This document shows, piece after piece, positions 14,251-27,892 of a stretch of 64,000 bases of DNA (position 1 is the first letter of the stretch; every line of letters begins with the position of its first letter). The stretch spans positions 54,356,321 to 54,420,320 of the forward strand of contig NC_068995.1 in NCBI RefSeq assembly GCF_001194135.2. Reading direction: 5' to 3'. The DNA comes from Octopus bimaculoides (taxonomy: Eukaryota). The notes below the pieces were generated by a model. That model was not told where the DNA came from and ran no database searches. It was given only the letters and a program-made list of their open reading frames with translations. The translations under genes and the position numbers were made by a program.

Positions 14251-17200
14251 GCTACTCTTATGGCTCTGGATGTACATCTATCATTCATAGATAGTCAAGC
14301 ATGTAAATATTAAAATAAAATCTCTCCTATCATAAGCTTGTTTGTCTTTCTGACGTTTTGTTTATTCTATTAGTGAGTGATTCAATATCTAAAGCATGTA
14401 AGGAGTCCTATGATTTATTGTCATCCGGAGTAGCTATGTGTGAGTGAAGTTATGTTCATGGAAAACGTTCAAGAAATTTAGAGGTTTTTTTTTTGCACTT
14501 TAGGTCAGAGTTTGAGAGATGATTTTTCTGTGGAGACGATATAAATCAAGTTGATCGTATCAACACGAAACTTACTCCCAGGGAGTCCCGTAAAATTTGT
14601 TTTGCCGCTCAGTACGTGTGTCACTGGCGCTCGATACACCCATTTCTCAATAATAGAAAACAATTTAAGTTGATAAGCAGGAAGACGCAATTCAACAATT
14701 AACTATTACCGTAGGGTAATACTTTTGAATGTCCTGAATGAGCAGTAAAGCAGTATATACCAGAAAATGTAAAGTTCATTACTGTGGAGTGATCTGACAT
14801 ATTTGTTGTATTTGTTTTGCTGTTGGAAATTGGATTCCGCGTTTCTTATCGTGTGAATGCTCGCAGTGCGATTCGAAAGTATATGGAATAATCATTTCTT
14901 TTCTACCCCTAGTGACATCTTTGAGCTCTCCTCCAATGGTTCAATAGCGCTTGATAGAACCTGTTACATTGAGTGCTAAAATGTAATGATGGTAGATTGG
15001 TTTTCCCGGTTATTAGTTGTTATTGATTTCACGATTTATTTGTCATAATTAATGTTTTTCTCAATGTTATGCCAACTTTACATGAATATTACTCATATTA
15101 TATATTTTATGATATGACCCGCTAAACACAGTAATCATGCGAGTTATTTAGGTTTTAATTTTTCATGTTTGTGTGCTTAACTCTCATTACTATACTTCAA
15201 TATTCACATCTAATCAAAGGGTATTGTTATAAAAATTGAAACCGTATAGATACAAGCATTAGTAAGCAAACACTCATATAATCTATTCATTAAGAAAGTT
15301 AAGAGATGAACTGAAAAATTATAGCTAAATTTTGTGTGCAAGTCAAAACACCCTAAAATTATACAGAAAATAACCTGTACCCAATTAACGGTGTGTATGC
15401 AGAAAATTAAGAAACGTACGTCGAAATATAAAAAAAAGAAACCTCTTCACAACCGAAAACAACTGCACAAAGTAATGCTAACACTTTTCGTGGAATATAT
15501 TGAAAAGAAAACAGCTACTGTGTGCTCATTAATTCTATTGTGGATATACGTGTTTACGATATGAAGTTGCCTTGTAAATATTTTTCTTTTGCACCAACAA
15601 AATGGAAATTCTAGTTAATATGTTTCAGAAATGTCTACTACGATAGACAAGGTGATAAGTAAGTAAATTTCAATTGGTAATTAAAATATATTATAGGATT
15701 CTGTGATTCATTACTGAGAGTTCAAGTTGTACATGTCATGAAGATTAATCAGTATCTTGAAGAAAAATGAAAGAAACTACGATGTCTGTGGATAGGCACC
15801 TATGTGACCATCATTTCTATAAGGATATTTTGAAATTTTACGAGTGATAAATAACCGTAATTGCTTCGCTTTCATCGTATTTTCCGACATTAACACATGA
15901 AATGTGTTACTTGAATTTATGTTCTAGTTTACCAAATAAGGTATCTACTCTAAGTTTAAAAGATTCTTCTCGTGCCATAATCATGTACAATTTAGATTTT
16001 TTCAAAATAGACACATGTCACGCAATTAAAATTCATATACTACAACGTCTCAAATAGTTGTCTGTACTCATTAAATCTGCTAATATTTTTCCCCACGGAT
16101 ATTACAGGGTTTCTTGCAATGATGCTTTTGCCATTTGTAATAATGCAATGTTTCGCTTCGTTCTGTTTTTTTTTTCTTTTTACCCAGGTTTATATGTTTC
16201 GTATACTGAGAGAAGAAGATTTTCTGACACTTATCATTTTCCGAAATGTAATATTGAAACAAGTGGTATAAATTGCTTGTTAGGATTAGGTCGTGTCCTG
16301 AACAAGAAAACAGTTCAATTCATATTTCAAGATGTCTAACAATATATCTCTGTAAGACTTCACTTTGAACATTAGTACTATTCAACACATTTATCAATCA
16401 TAAATTACATATTCCAATAAATAAACCAACTTATTACGACTGAAGTTTACTTATGTCAACCCAAGGAGCGTAAGAATCAATAGTGGCCCAGCCTTACTTC
16501 AACACACTTGAAATAGATACTTCACACTATTCTCTCCGACACCCTACTTTAAAAGGCCACCACTGTTATATTACCAAATCATGTACTCATAATTTATTAT
16601 CATTACAATGCATTGAAGCTGCGTTGCATTTAGTCCATATAAATTCAGTGACAGTCTCTAAACAGCTTAAATAATCTGCTCTCATACGAACATCCAAGAC
16701 ACACACACACACACACACAGATGCATACACACACGCACATATGATTTGATATCTGTGTGTACGAGAAACTGCGTCTATGGATACGATCGTGATACTTCCG
16801 CTCATGTGTCGTCGTATAATTTCAAATATATTCTGTGAAAGTTTATTTGCCTCTGAAATGAAACTATTCTAAATTTAACAGAATTTCTGACGTAGGCCTC
16901 GCTATCCATTACTTTATATCAATAATATGGCCTGATACTAATCCAACTTATTTGGCAAATGACAATCAGGACAAATAACATTAAGACTATTATCATTATT
17001 TACATTCTTTCAGTATAGATAAGTGTAGTTCACTTAATGATCTATGTTAGCTGGAAATGATTAAAATGTGCGAGGTTAATACCAACAGACAAATAAATGT
17101 CAATTTCAAAATAGAAAACACAATGTCATTTATTCAGGACTTGAGTTTCGTGTATATATCATAGGATATATAACAGTAAAGTATTATTTGTTTCACAAAT

Positions 17201-18224
17201 GGCGACTACAATTTTTGGCAACTTATTTAATATTTTCCTTGTAATAGGTGCTATCAGAATAACTTACGCATTAGTATTTAATTTACATAAGCAAATCAAT
17301 GATTACTGAACATAGTTACTTAGTTCTGATGTACTTGTGTGAAGTTACGTGTAGACTTTGCTATTCTCTATAATTGCCCATATCAACATCCGTTTTGCTT
17401 TATATTCATGCTTAATTATTAATCTCTAAGTACATCGGTCAACAAAGTATTTCCACCGTAAAAAAATTGGTGTGAACCAGAAAAACTCTTTGGATATACT
17501 TTTTAACCAGCTTTGTTTTACTAATATTTATAGTCTATGAAATAATGTATCAGTTGTATTTGAGTGTTACGATGTGTATTTTATTTCTTAAAGTGGGTTG
17601 CAAGATTAGTTTGGTGATCAGTGCTTTTAGCCATACTCAAGACATGCAGAGATCGGACAGAGAAAACAATATATTGGCTGCTAATTGTTATTGTTGACAT
17701 AATTAGGATTTTTGCAAAGGGCACAAGAAAATTGCTTATCAGAATTGTATTTAAGCAAGCAGGCAAATCTATCATAATTAAATAATATTTAAAGTCTATA
17801 TGCGAAGAAACTGGCAATCATGGATGTAAAACCTTTGGAAGGTTATACCAAATACAGTTTAGAACCAAAGTCTCAGGAGAACTTGCATTACTGACTAAGC
17901 CGAAGGTAGATTCTTCCACCTAAAGATGGTAGATAGCTAAATTGAATGACTCATTTTAAGTAGACGACCTTTTAATGGGGATTCCTTCACATATGATAGC
18001 TACACAGAATCAGCCTGGAATATCGTTCAACAGAAATACTCTACAAGCTGGATCTGCTGCACCAGCGGAATATGATATTAGGTTGAACCATTAACCACTC
18101 CGATCTCCAGTATCTTCATTGTGGATATTCTAAAAAGTTATACAACTCCATAATATAATTAGTTTCATAAAAATATTGGTTCAGGAAGACTTCAATACCG
18201 TTGTATGGCATCAAATAAGAACGT

Positions 18225-18394
18225 TAATCGATTACATTCACTCCAGTTCTCAACTGCTACACATTTTATCGAACTGAAACAATGAAAGTTAAAGTTGACT
18301 CCGGTGGCATTTCAGCTCAGAACTTGAGTCGGAAGATATACTGCTAAACATTTTGTCCGTCAGAGTAACGATTTTTTCAGCTCGCACTTCGCCA
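18225..18394 (-). mobile_element. SINE family B, degenerate copy
   Basis: The reverse complement aligns by eye to 10011-10170 (ATCGATTACATTCACTCCAGTTCTCAACTG...TTTTATCG...ATGAAAG...GCATTTCAGCTCAGAAC). Confidence 0.65.
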
Positions 18395-18404
18395 CCACAA
18401 TAAG

Positions 18405-18587
18405 GATGATTTCGCATTTTGGTATACGGCTAGCAATTTCGGGTGAGTGGCTAAGTCGATTAGATCGATTGGTACTTATTTTATCGACCTCGAGGGGATG
18501 AAAGGCAATGTCAGCCTCAACGTCATTTGAACCTAATGCCACTGAGCAACTTGCCCGGCGTGCTAACGGTTCTTCCAGTTCGCCGCC
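18405..18587 (-). mobile_element. SINE family B copy with two internal deletions, tandem to the previous copy
   Basis: GGTACTTATTTTATCGACCTCGAGGGGATGAAAGGCAA...TTTGAAC...GCCCGGCGTGCTAACGGTTCTTCCAGTTCGCCGCC is the reverse complement of the family B head and core. Confidence 0.8.
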
Positions 18588-18826
18588 CCAATAATGCTGA
18601 TAATATTTGCATAACCAGTGTAAAAACAAAACATTATGTTGTTTACACTACTTCGCGATTTTACGTAGAAAAATATCATGTTTATAATAAATAGATTTTA
18701 TTTAACAATATGCAACTTTCTATGTTTTATGAAAAAGAAAGAGCACAACAATTATTAAGATACACAAGCACCTCAAATGCATGCACAAACGTACTTATAT
18801 GTCTGTTTGCGTGTGTGAACCTGAAA

Positions 18827-18827
<1 letters not shown>

Positions 18828-18857
<30 letters not shown>

Positions 18858-18868
18858 TGTATGTATGT
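18828..18868. repeat. (ATGT)n microsatellite
   Basis: Directly visible. Confidence 0.95.
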
Positions 18869-20954
18869 GTGCGTGTTTGATTGTGTGTATGTGTATGCAT
18901 ATATATATGTATGTATATTACTTGTTAGTGTAACTTAAAATTCCTGAGACCTGTCAATTGGATAACATGTCAATTCTCTATTTCTTTTAAAGTTCAAGCT
19001 ATTGATGGGTGGATAATCAATCGTTTTTCCTTGCTTCGAACAGCCTAACAGTAAGAAATACAATTCCCTTGACAGATCTTGACGCCAACTTCCGTTATGT
19101 TGCACTTGATCGTTGTTTTGTCTATATCTTCCTTCAATTAAAATATAGGGTATTGCCTGAATAAACTGTGTGTCGCATTCCGACCGTCATGAATGCTTTC
19201 TTGGAACCAGTTTTTTTATCGATATATTTTAATGATAGTATATTACGCCAATAATACAACAAATGAAATTTCTATTTCGTTTGCATACAGCTTTATATTA
19301 ATCCATCAATGTCAATGAAATTTCTGTGTATTGAGTATTTTTTGTGTGCGTTTTAGAGAGAATAATAATTTCGCTTCCTATTTCGTTTTCTTTTTAAAAT
19401 TGTATTCTCTTTTGATACCACTCAATCTGTTTATATAACATATTTTTTAATACCAAGTTTCTAATTCCTGTGAGAATCGATTTAAATCTTTCTCATTTTC
19501 TCTTTGCAATGCCACAATTTTTTTACAATATAAACATAGAATAAAGTTTTATTTTTATATACGTTTGCATTTAACATTATCCCTGTACGCCGAAGTGAAC
19601 TTATGTGTCTATTTCTGTTTATTGCTATTAGAAGGTAAATAGAAAATAAGAAAAATAACATCTTATCTCTCATTTATATATATTTAATGCTGTTGTTTCT
19701 GAGAAGGCCAAGGGTGAATTAGCAGGCCAAGAGGAAATATTTTCTTTTTACAATCATGAGTTTCATATTTTTGCTAAAATATTCCTATGTAGGATTAAAT
19801 TATCTAATTTATCAAAAGTAGGATAGTAAATAATATAACTAGTCGAAAATTCTGCAATACGTACAAGCCTGCTATATTTACTATTGTTATGCGCTATGAA
19901 ACCAAGTGTAAATTATGGACAATACTATCAAAGCGAAAACACGAGAAGGAAAGCAAAATCATATTGCAGAATCTACCAAACAGAATACATATTCACTGAA
20001 TGTAAAGAAATGAATAAATTAAATATCGCTACCTTTCCAGCAAGTAGCATATTTGAAGCGTTAACTGTTATGTTATTTTTGAATATCCGTTTCTTCCAAA
20101 AATGATACAGAATATTCTTGAATTTTATTTCTTAAATTTAGAAAATGAACATTTTAAGGTTTCCTTTATCCAAAATATTTTATTTAATCGACACACGGTG
20201 GTTCAATATAAAATCACGTAAACTCGTATGGATATTAACAAAGCAAGTGTAATATTGATTATAATACCAATATTGCTGTTTTGAAAGTAGAGTAAAACCG
20301 ATTCAAACAGTGCATCATGTGACTGAAAGTAGTATAAACAGCGACTGGTGTGATATTCATGCAAGATATTTTCAAATCCACTCCAATAATGTTATAAAAA
20401 ATCTACATTTAACGACTGAATATACTTAACATACCTTCAGTATGAATGAAAATCTGAGTAGGAAACGACTTCTTTCAAATGGAATATTGGTGTTATATAC
20501 GTAAGTCTCTGTGAATGCATTCATTTCATTTTAGATGCAATAGTTCACCAATAATTTCTATGGATTTAAACTGCATTGAACAGAGTTATAACTTATTTCC
20601 AAGTAAAGAAACAACACTCTCTGTTGAATACATTGCAATCATTGCGTTGGATAGAAGCTTATAAAACCATTTTAACAAATTCCTGTAATTATTTAAATAA
20701 AGAAACTTCAGACGTAAGTTTAGATGTGACATACCTAAGTAAAATTGATAGTGAAAAGCCTGTATGAATATTTGATTAAATTCCATGCAATGTTGTACAG
20801 TGAGTTTCAAACATATTGAAGAAACTTACACTAGTCTCAAAACTATAAATGTTTATTTTGATAACAGCACACGGTTACGAACGTAGATACACCACTTGAC
20901 AGTGAAGAATGGGTAGATTCGACATTGAGGATAAGAATATATTTAATAACTAGA

Positions 20955-21250
20955 TTATCAACCATCTTTCGAACAACAACCTTGGGCACCTTTTTTGAAT
21001 CCCATATGACAAACTCTCACGGACATGCTTGCAAAAACAAATAACAACACAGTACCCGTGACTTTCGGAGACATTTTTCGCGCTCAGAATTGCTGAAGCA
21101 TGGAATAAACTACTTTCATCAGATGTTAGCTGTCAGGATACTACATTCTTCAACACTTCCATGCTTCCTGAAATCCGTCAACAGTAGACCTGATAGCCTT
21201 TTATTATTATTTTAGTTGTAGTGCACCTGAGCACTGTATACAACAACTTC
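20955..21250 (+). mobile_element. 5'-truncated CR1/L2-clade LINE: decayed ORF2 C-terminus plus 3' UTR
   Basis: Translation with one stop and one frameshift gives TNSHGHACKNK*QHSTRDFRRH/FFALRIAEAWNKLLSSDVSCQDTTFFNTSMLPEIRQQ* (stop 21185-21187). This fits the CR1/L2 terminal motif (T)RGH..K....R...R..FF..RV...WN.LP. The 3' UTR carries the stem-loop AGTGC-ACCTGA-GCACT (21220-21235). Confidence 0.75.
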
Positions 21251-21598
21251 CTTCTTCATATATATGCTCACAATTTGTAAAATAATATTTCGGTTATTTG
21301 CGGTTACGCACAAACACACAAACACACGAAGACACGCAAACACAGCCTGATACAGGTACATGCGTGCGCGCACACACACAAACACACTAAAATACAAAGT
21401 GTCAAACAGTTATACGCAGACACACGCACACACACACACACACACAATCAGAGTCATAGTTTTCATTTGTTTATCTTTGATATGTGAACGCAGACATTTT
21501 CAGTTTCATAAGGGAGGAGAAGGAGGGTATAGCGGGGCAGTAAAAGGACTGACTTATGTCAGTCCCGATTATATTTATATAGATTGCTCCAAAGTCTG

Positions 21599-21655
21599 CC
21601 ACAATGCCAGCCATTTAGGGGTGAAGGCGTAAATCGATTACAGCGATACCCAACC
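21599..21655 (-). mobile_element. Probable short SINE family B 3' fragment
   Basis: CCACAATGCCAGCCATTTAGGGGTGAAGGCGTAAATCGATTACAGCGA resembles 18421-18468; short and diverged. Confidence 0.4.
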
Positions 21656-24226
21656 CCAAAACTAAAATACTGGTTTCTTTAGTTCTAATGTTTTCGGATT
21701 CGGCTGTTTTCATTAATTAATATTTTGCAACTACTGTTCAATTGTATCTTTGCGCTGCCTCATACCATTTTGTATTAATGTTGGAACATGATTTCGTGGA
21801 GATTTTGGCTACCGGGACCATAAAAGGAAGGAAATTCCTTTCAATAAATGTTATACTTAAAAAAAAATTAAATATGAATATCTTAATTAATTGTAATTTA
21901 GATTCTCAAACCGTCAAGGTTTGAAACATTTTCTCTACGTGGAAACTAAAAGCTTTCTCTAATCTGCACATAGTCCCTTAGTAGATTCACTTATCGAGAT
22001 ATAACTCTGACGCAGTTGCCCTGTGATCAGGAGTATCCTCCCTGTGAGTTTATCGTACGTCCTTGGATAATTTATATCTACGACTGCTCGAAGAAGTTTT
22101 AGCATGTTAGAAAGTTGCATATCATACATTTTAATTCAGCACTCTGCTTAAGAACAGTTCACAAATATTAATTTTATTACTCAGCAAAACAATGAATTGT
22201 ATAATTCCATAAGTCATCCATCTTTTTGTCCGCCGACCTTAGCTGAAATTCATTTAAGCCTGTTATAAACAAAAAGACGCATGAATCACAGTGCAATGTC
22301 TCTATACAGACAATCGAGAGATACATAAGTGTCAGCAGACTTTACATACATTTAAATAAATCACACGCAATATGGACAAAGCGATAATGTCTATACAGTC
22401 TCTTGCTCTGGTATAAATAGAAGACACTGCAATCACAAATCACGCTCTTTATATTAGGAGGTGTTGAATAACATAAACCTAGATCTATATTTTTAAAGAA
22501 ACGACGATAAATATTGCAGGGATATCTTCACGATGTTCAAATCAGAACTGGCGTGGTAGTTGCGCATTCTAATGAATAAGTTATGCTCGAAATACACTAC
22601 TGGATTAATTCTCTTTAGGATTGTTAACTATTTATGTATTAACTAATTTTAGTGATATTTAAATAAAATTACTGTACATGATACAGTTATGTTTTCAGAG
22701 ATGTATCTTCATTAACTAAATAATTTTTCATTTGTAGATACATAAATTTTTGTTGATGCGTCTATACACAACAACATAGAGGATTCAACAGCAATGGGTC
22801 CATGGTATTATTCAGAAAATAGTATATTACAATGAAATTGATTCATAAAGAAACAACGTTGGTATATATTAGTGGCAATATACATCAAAATGAAATTTCT
22901 CCGTCAAATTAGTTATATATATATTTTAAATGTACTCAGTAATTTTTATCCAACTTACATTAATATCCACACATACTTACCTACAAAATTGCATGCTTAG
23001 TAACGAAATAAAACAAAAAAAAAACCCACTTCCGGCTGATGTGATAATGTCACGAATAAACACTACAACTCAGTAAATCTTACTTTTTACCAACCGCTCA
23101 ATTTTCGGTTGCCCTAACATTGACAGTGCTGAAATTCCCCATCGTATTTCGGATTGGTAGTGAAAAACAGAGTTATATCTGAATAGTTAAACTGGTGAAT
23201 TCCACTGATTTTGTTCACTTATGCCGGCTCAAGTGATATGTTACAATAAATCTCGGTCATGTAGATAATTATTTAAAAATATAAACAATAATCAGATATG
23301 AATGTTTAGATATACTACAGAGGTTTACACTTAGAAAGTAGTTGAAAAGAACAATATAAATGACCACTGGAGACGAATAAAAATGCATTCAAAGCATAAC
23401 TAGTGAGTGTATATCAGTTTGAGAAATTATGATAAAATATGTGCTACGAATACGACGTGATTAAAGCAGTAAAATTTAAATTAGATGTCGTCTTTATGGA
23501 ACACCACGTTATATTTATTTCCTTAGTGTCGAGAAGTTCTCGAACAAAGTAAAATACTATTATAGATCTAGAATATACCGAAGTTGCTGGTTCTTCACCG
23601 ATATAAATTTATAGTGCAATCGCCATTGGTATTCTGAAATATAGATCAATAGCTTCTCGGCGAAAGAAAACATGAATCTTCTTTTAAATGCCATAATTTT
23701 CTTATAACATAAATGCTTGTCACAGATATTGTCATTATAATGATGTATAACCTTACTTCTATAAAATACCCGTAATCCTTTCAACCTACATTTTAGGTTA
23801 TTGAACATATATTCAAATACGATTTATGAAATGCTCCTGATCATATAAATATAGATGCATAAAATAGATCAAACTTGTAGATAATCATTTTTCTTTTATT
23901 TCCGTTATATTCCTTTAATATATTATCTCACTTTCGCACACATTCACTGTCACTCACTCGTGCTAAATATATATCTATATATTCGTCTCACTATATATAC
24001 ACAGATACATACATCTATATCTATATCTGTCTATATATATATATATATNNNNNNNNNNNNNNNNNNNNNNNNNNNNNNNNNNNNNNNNNNNNNNNNNNNN
24101 NNNNNNNNNNNNNNNNNNNNNNNNNNNNNNNNNNNNNNNNNNNNNNNNNNNNNNNNNNNNNNNNNNNNNNNNNNNNNNNNNNNNNNNNNNNNNNNNNNNN
24201 NNNNNNNNNNNNNNNNNNNNNNNNNN

Positions 24227-24282
<56 letters not shown>

Positions 24283-24706
24283 CTTATGTGAGACTACTCG
24301 ATATTGGTCAGCCTGAAAATGATGTACATAAATATATCCGCTTCAGTGATCGCATCATTGAAGAAAAAGAGACACCGTCCAAATCCCGCAAAATGTTGTT
24401 GCCACAATTTGATGCAAAACTCTCGCTGCTATATGGGATTTGTCTGAGACGATTTATATTGCATCGGACGTTGTGTGTTCATAGAAAATATTACATATAT
24501 GTACAAGGCCATATACGTATGCAAGATGGCGTACTCAGGTTTACATACGATCAAAAACATATCAGCATATATTCATACATGCAAGCCTATACAGACATAC
24601 ACATACTGACGCATATAAACACACATACACACGCAAATAGATACATAGACACACACCCATACTCTCACACCTACCCACACACAAACAAACATATATTTAT
24701 ATTCAT

Positions 24707-24870
24707 AGCTGCGCAGTTGAGAAGTTCAGTTCGCTTTACAACATGCTTCCGGATGCGATCTTCCCTGTTGATAATTTCTGCAAACCATGAAACATTATAG
24801 GCACGAGATAACAAAACAATTTTGGTAAGAAGGTAGAAAGCGTAAAATTGTCGGAAATGCGATCATTCAT
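24707..24870 (+). mobile_element. Possible highly decayed SINE family A 5' half
   Basis: GCTGCGCAGTTGAGAAGTTC...CGCTTTACAACATG resembles the family head, and it is followed by the family's typical (TA)n(TG)n tract at 24890-25140. Weak. Confidence 0.3.
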
Positions 24871-24889
24871 GGGAAAATTTTTGTATGCA

Positions 24890-25140
<251 letters not shown>

Positions 25141-25334
25141 ACTTCAGAAATGTCACTCATAGACTAATAAGCTCATAATAAGCTCCATGGTTGTTATATT
25201 GTGTGTAGCATTCTTTAATATTCGTATTATAGCAAATGCGTAAATGCATGTCTGTTTTTCTTGAACACTGTATTTCCGCGAAAACTTTATGAATGAACTA
25301 CTTAATTAAAATTCCCAAGCACAACAATGTGTCT

Positions 25335-25670
25335 GTAGAACGTTTTACAGTGCCTTATGTCGTTGAAGTGACTTCTGCCATGTTCAGAGGTGTCTCGTGA
25401 GACGTACGAGTATCTTCATCTCTGCATGTGCACTTGTCACTGCTAATTTAGTTTGTCTGCAGTTTATGGCAGAAAGACAAATTCTCCCACACTCAATCAC
25501 TCATGGAAAAGAAACAGCGAGTGTACATGAGTCTTATGTCACCTGTGCTACACTGATGCCATAAATATTGTATGAACCAAACCTGCATGTAATACACAGA
25601 GCGTAGTAGGTAGATTTTCGCTTCGATACATGTATAATTTCGAAGCATTTTACATGTATTCAAGCGAAAT
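25335..25670 (+). mobile_element. Probable ancient RTE-clade LINE ORF2 remnant
   Basis: Fragmentary peptides occur in the expected order: VERFT..., LWQKDKFS..KKQRVYMSLMSPVLH*C, FDTCI/RSILHV. Compare the RTE motifs VE.FTYLGS, LW....I...TK.RVY...V..VLLYG.E.W and FD.RCLR.IL.V. Several stops and frameshifts; the match is by eye only. Confidence 0.4.
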
Positions 25671-25921
25671 CTAAAGACTTCTCTGTTTAATTTGCAGAGG
25701 TTCAAGACGTAAGGTAGATATGAATGTGTATTGTGGTAAGATGCCTCCAAAATTTGGAAATCTATAACATGGTTCTGGTAATTTTATACAAAGAATGAAC
25801 AGTTCTGGGATAAATTCCACTGATATTTGAGATTCTAATGATTATACGTAGATGCATATAAGCATGCATATATTCCAATAACAATGGTTTTCAAAAATAC
25901 ATAATTACACACATATGCACC

Positions 25922-26626
25922 TCTGTGCCCACACACAAATACACACATATATGTAAACATGTATACATGTTCATGTTGATATAGAGAATTACCTACATGA
26001 TTAGAACTTGATAGAAGGAGACAAAGAGAGAGACTTATAACTATATAATTGCCTGCATCGAAAGATATGTATATAAACATTCTACATATACGCATTAAAG
26101 GTACGTTTATAAATGACAGCAAAATACATACACTATGATTGTGGCTGTAACAGCTGTTGTTTGTCTTTTATTTTAATGTTTAGTCTTGAAACATTTGAAA
26201 CACGATTTCTCTATTATTTAGAATTTTTTTTATAGATTCACATGCACTTAATTCTAAATGTATGAGATTGACTTACATTTCTTATGCATTGATAACATTT
26301 GGAGTATAATCACTGGTTTGTTTTCGTTGGTCTACTTGCATACATTCATTCATGCATGCTTGCATGTATGCATGTATATATATATATATATATATNNNNN
26401 NNNNNTCTGTGCCCACACACAAATACACACATATATGTAAACATGTATACATGTTCATGTTGATATAGAGAATTACCTACATGATTAGAACTTGATAGAA
26501 GGAGACAAAGAGAGAGACTTATAACTATATAATTGCCTGCATCGAAAGATATGTATATAAAAATTCTACATATACGCATTAAAGGTACGTTTATAAATGA
26601 CAGCAAAATACATACACTATGATTGT
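25922..26626 (+). repeat. 221-bp segment present twice (25922-26142 and 26406-26626), probably an allelic-contig assembly artefact
   Basis: The copies are identical except C26078 vs A26562; the second copy is an isolated contig between two 10-N gaps. Confidence 0.9.
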
Positions 26627-27810
26627 NNNNNNNNNNTGTGTTTTACTTTGTAGGCGTGTATGTTGTACATGGGCGATTGTGTTAAATTCGCTTGTAATTT
26701 ATGATCTGGTAAACGTTTAAAGTAGACATGTAGTCATACAGCAATCATTCTCAACGGCATCTTCATATATATGCGCTTGCCTATATGCCTGTGTATAGTA
26801 TGGGCATGCATCTGCATATGCATGCAAAATAGCTTAACTCTATACTGCCCAAACTATCTACAGAATACCATTAAATTTAGATCTATATAAAGCTATTATG
26901 CGACATTAGGCGAATTGTTTGGCGCATGTCTTTAATTTGGAATGTCGCAAAAATGAAACATGACATATAATATTGATACACCTTTCTATGTTTCATCCAA
27001 TTCAGTTGCATTTCTAATTTTTAATTTTAATTTGCTTACTACATGAATGCTTCTACAGCTAAAACATTATACATAATGACACCAATTTATAATTATGTTT
27101 CAAAAGCAAGCACGCAGTATAAATATAGACATACATATATAGTTACAATTTGTTGGCATTCGAGAAATACATTTTAAATGAATGCAAACTAATATGCGAT
27201 AGACAAATAAATCTATATGGCAAAGTGAACATATAATATTAAATGAGATGGCTAAATACAATATAACTGTTTCTCATATATTGCAAGAAAATAGTCATCA
27301 TATATGGAAATATTTTCCATATATCTGTAAGTATAGTGTTTGATGAAGCTAATGCTTTAGTTACTGTTTTGAATTTGGATAGGATATCTATTTCAGCAAG
27401 ATATTGGTATTTATCTTTTAACGTATGGTTAATTTTTGTCATTAAAGCGTGTTCACTTTTGTCATTATAACTTATTTAAATCATTTGAAAAAAAACTGCA
27501 AGAAAACTGTAGTATGTATCTAATCTTATTGAAAACAACCTTATTTGGACAATGAGAAAAAAAATTAACTTTCATCTCCCTCTATTTACTCTTATGCACT
27601 TTCACATACATCAGCACTCTCTCCCCGCCGCCAATCGACCTTCAGTCTTCAAATTCTTCTCGTACATCTAACCCAATGAGTTTTATCTGATTCTTTGCAA
27701 CATTCTCTCTCTCTTTCTCCCTCACGCACTCTCCATATATATATATATGTGAGTGTATGCCATTGCAGCCACCGGAAAATACTCAAAGCTTATACACTAG
27801 CATATATATT

Positions 27811-27848
27811 TAATAATAATAATAATAATAATAATAATTATCATTATT

Positions 27849-27891
<43 letters not shown>
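27811..27891. repeat. (AAT)n followed by (TA)n
   Basis: Directly visible. Confidence 0.9.

Positions 27892-27892
<1 letters not shown>

Noticed and set aside
16150-16339. Strong + strand acceptor (T-tract-ACCCAG at 16187) followed by an open frame GLYVSYTERRRFSDTYHF...
   Set aside because: No good donor, an unrecognisable peptide, and poly-T plus AG is frequent in such AT-rich DNA.
24281-24800. Longest non-gap frame (RLLDIGQPENDVHKYIRFSDRIIEEKETP...)
   Set aside because: About a third is CA-rich low complexity that cannot contain stops; the remainder is within chance expectation. There are no splice signals or domain similarity.
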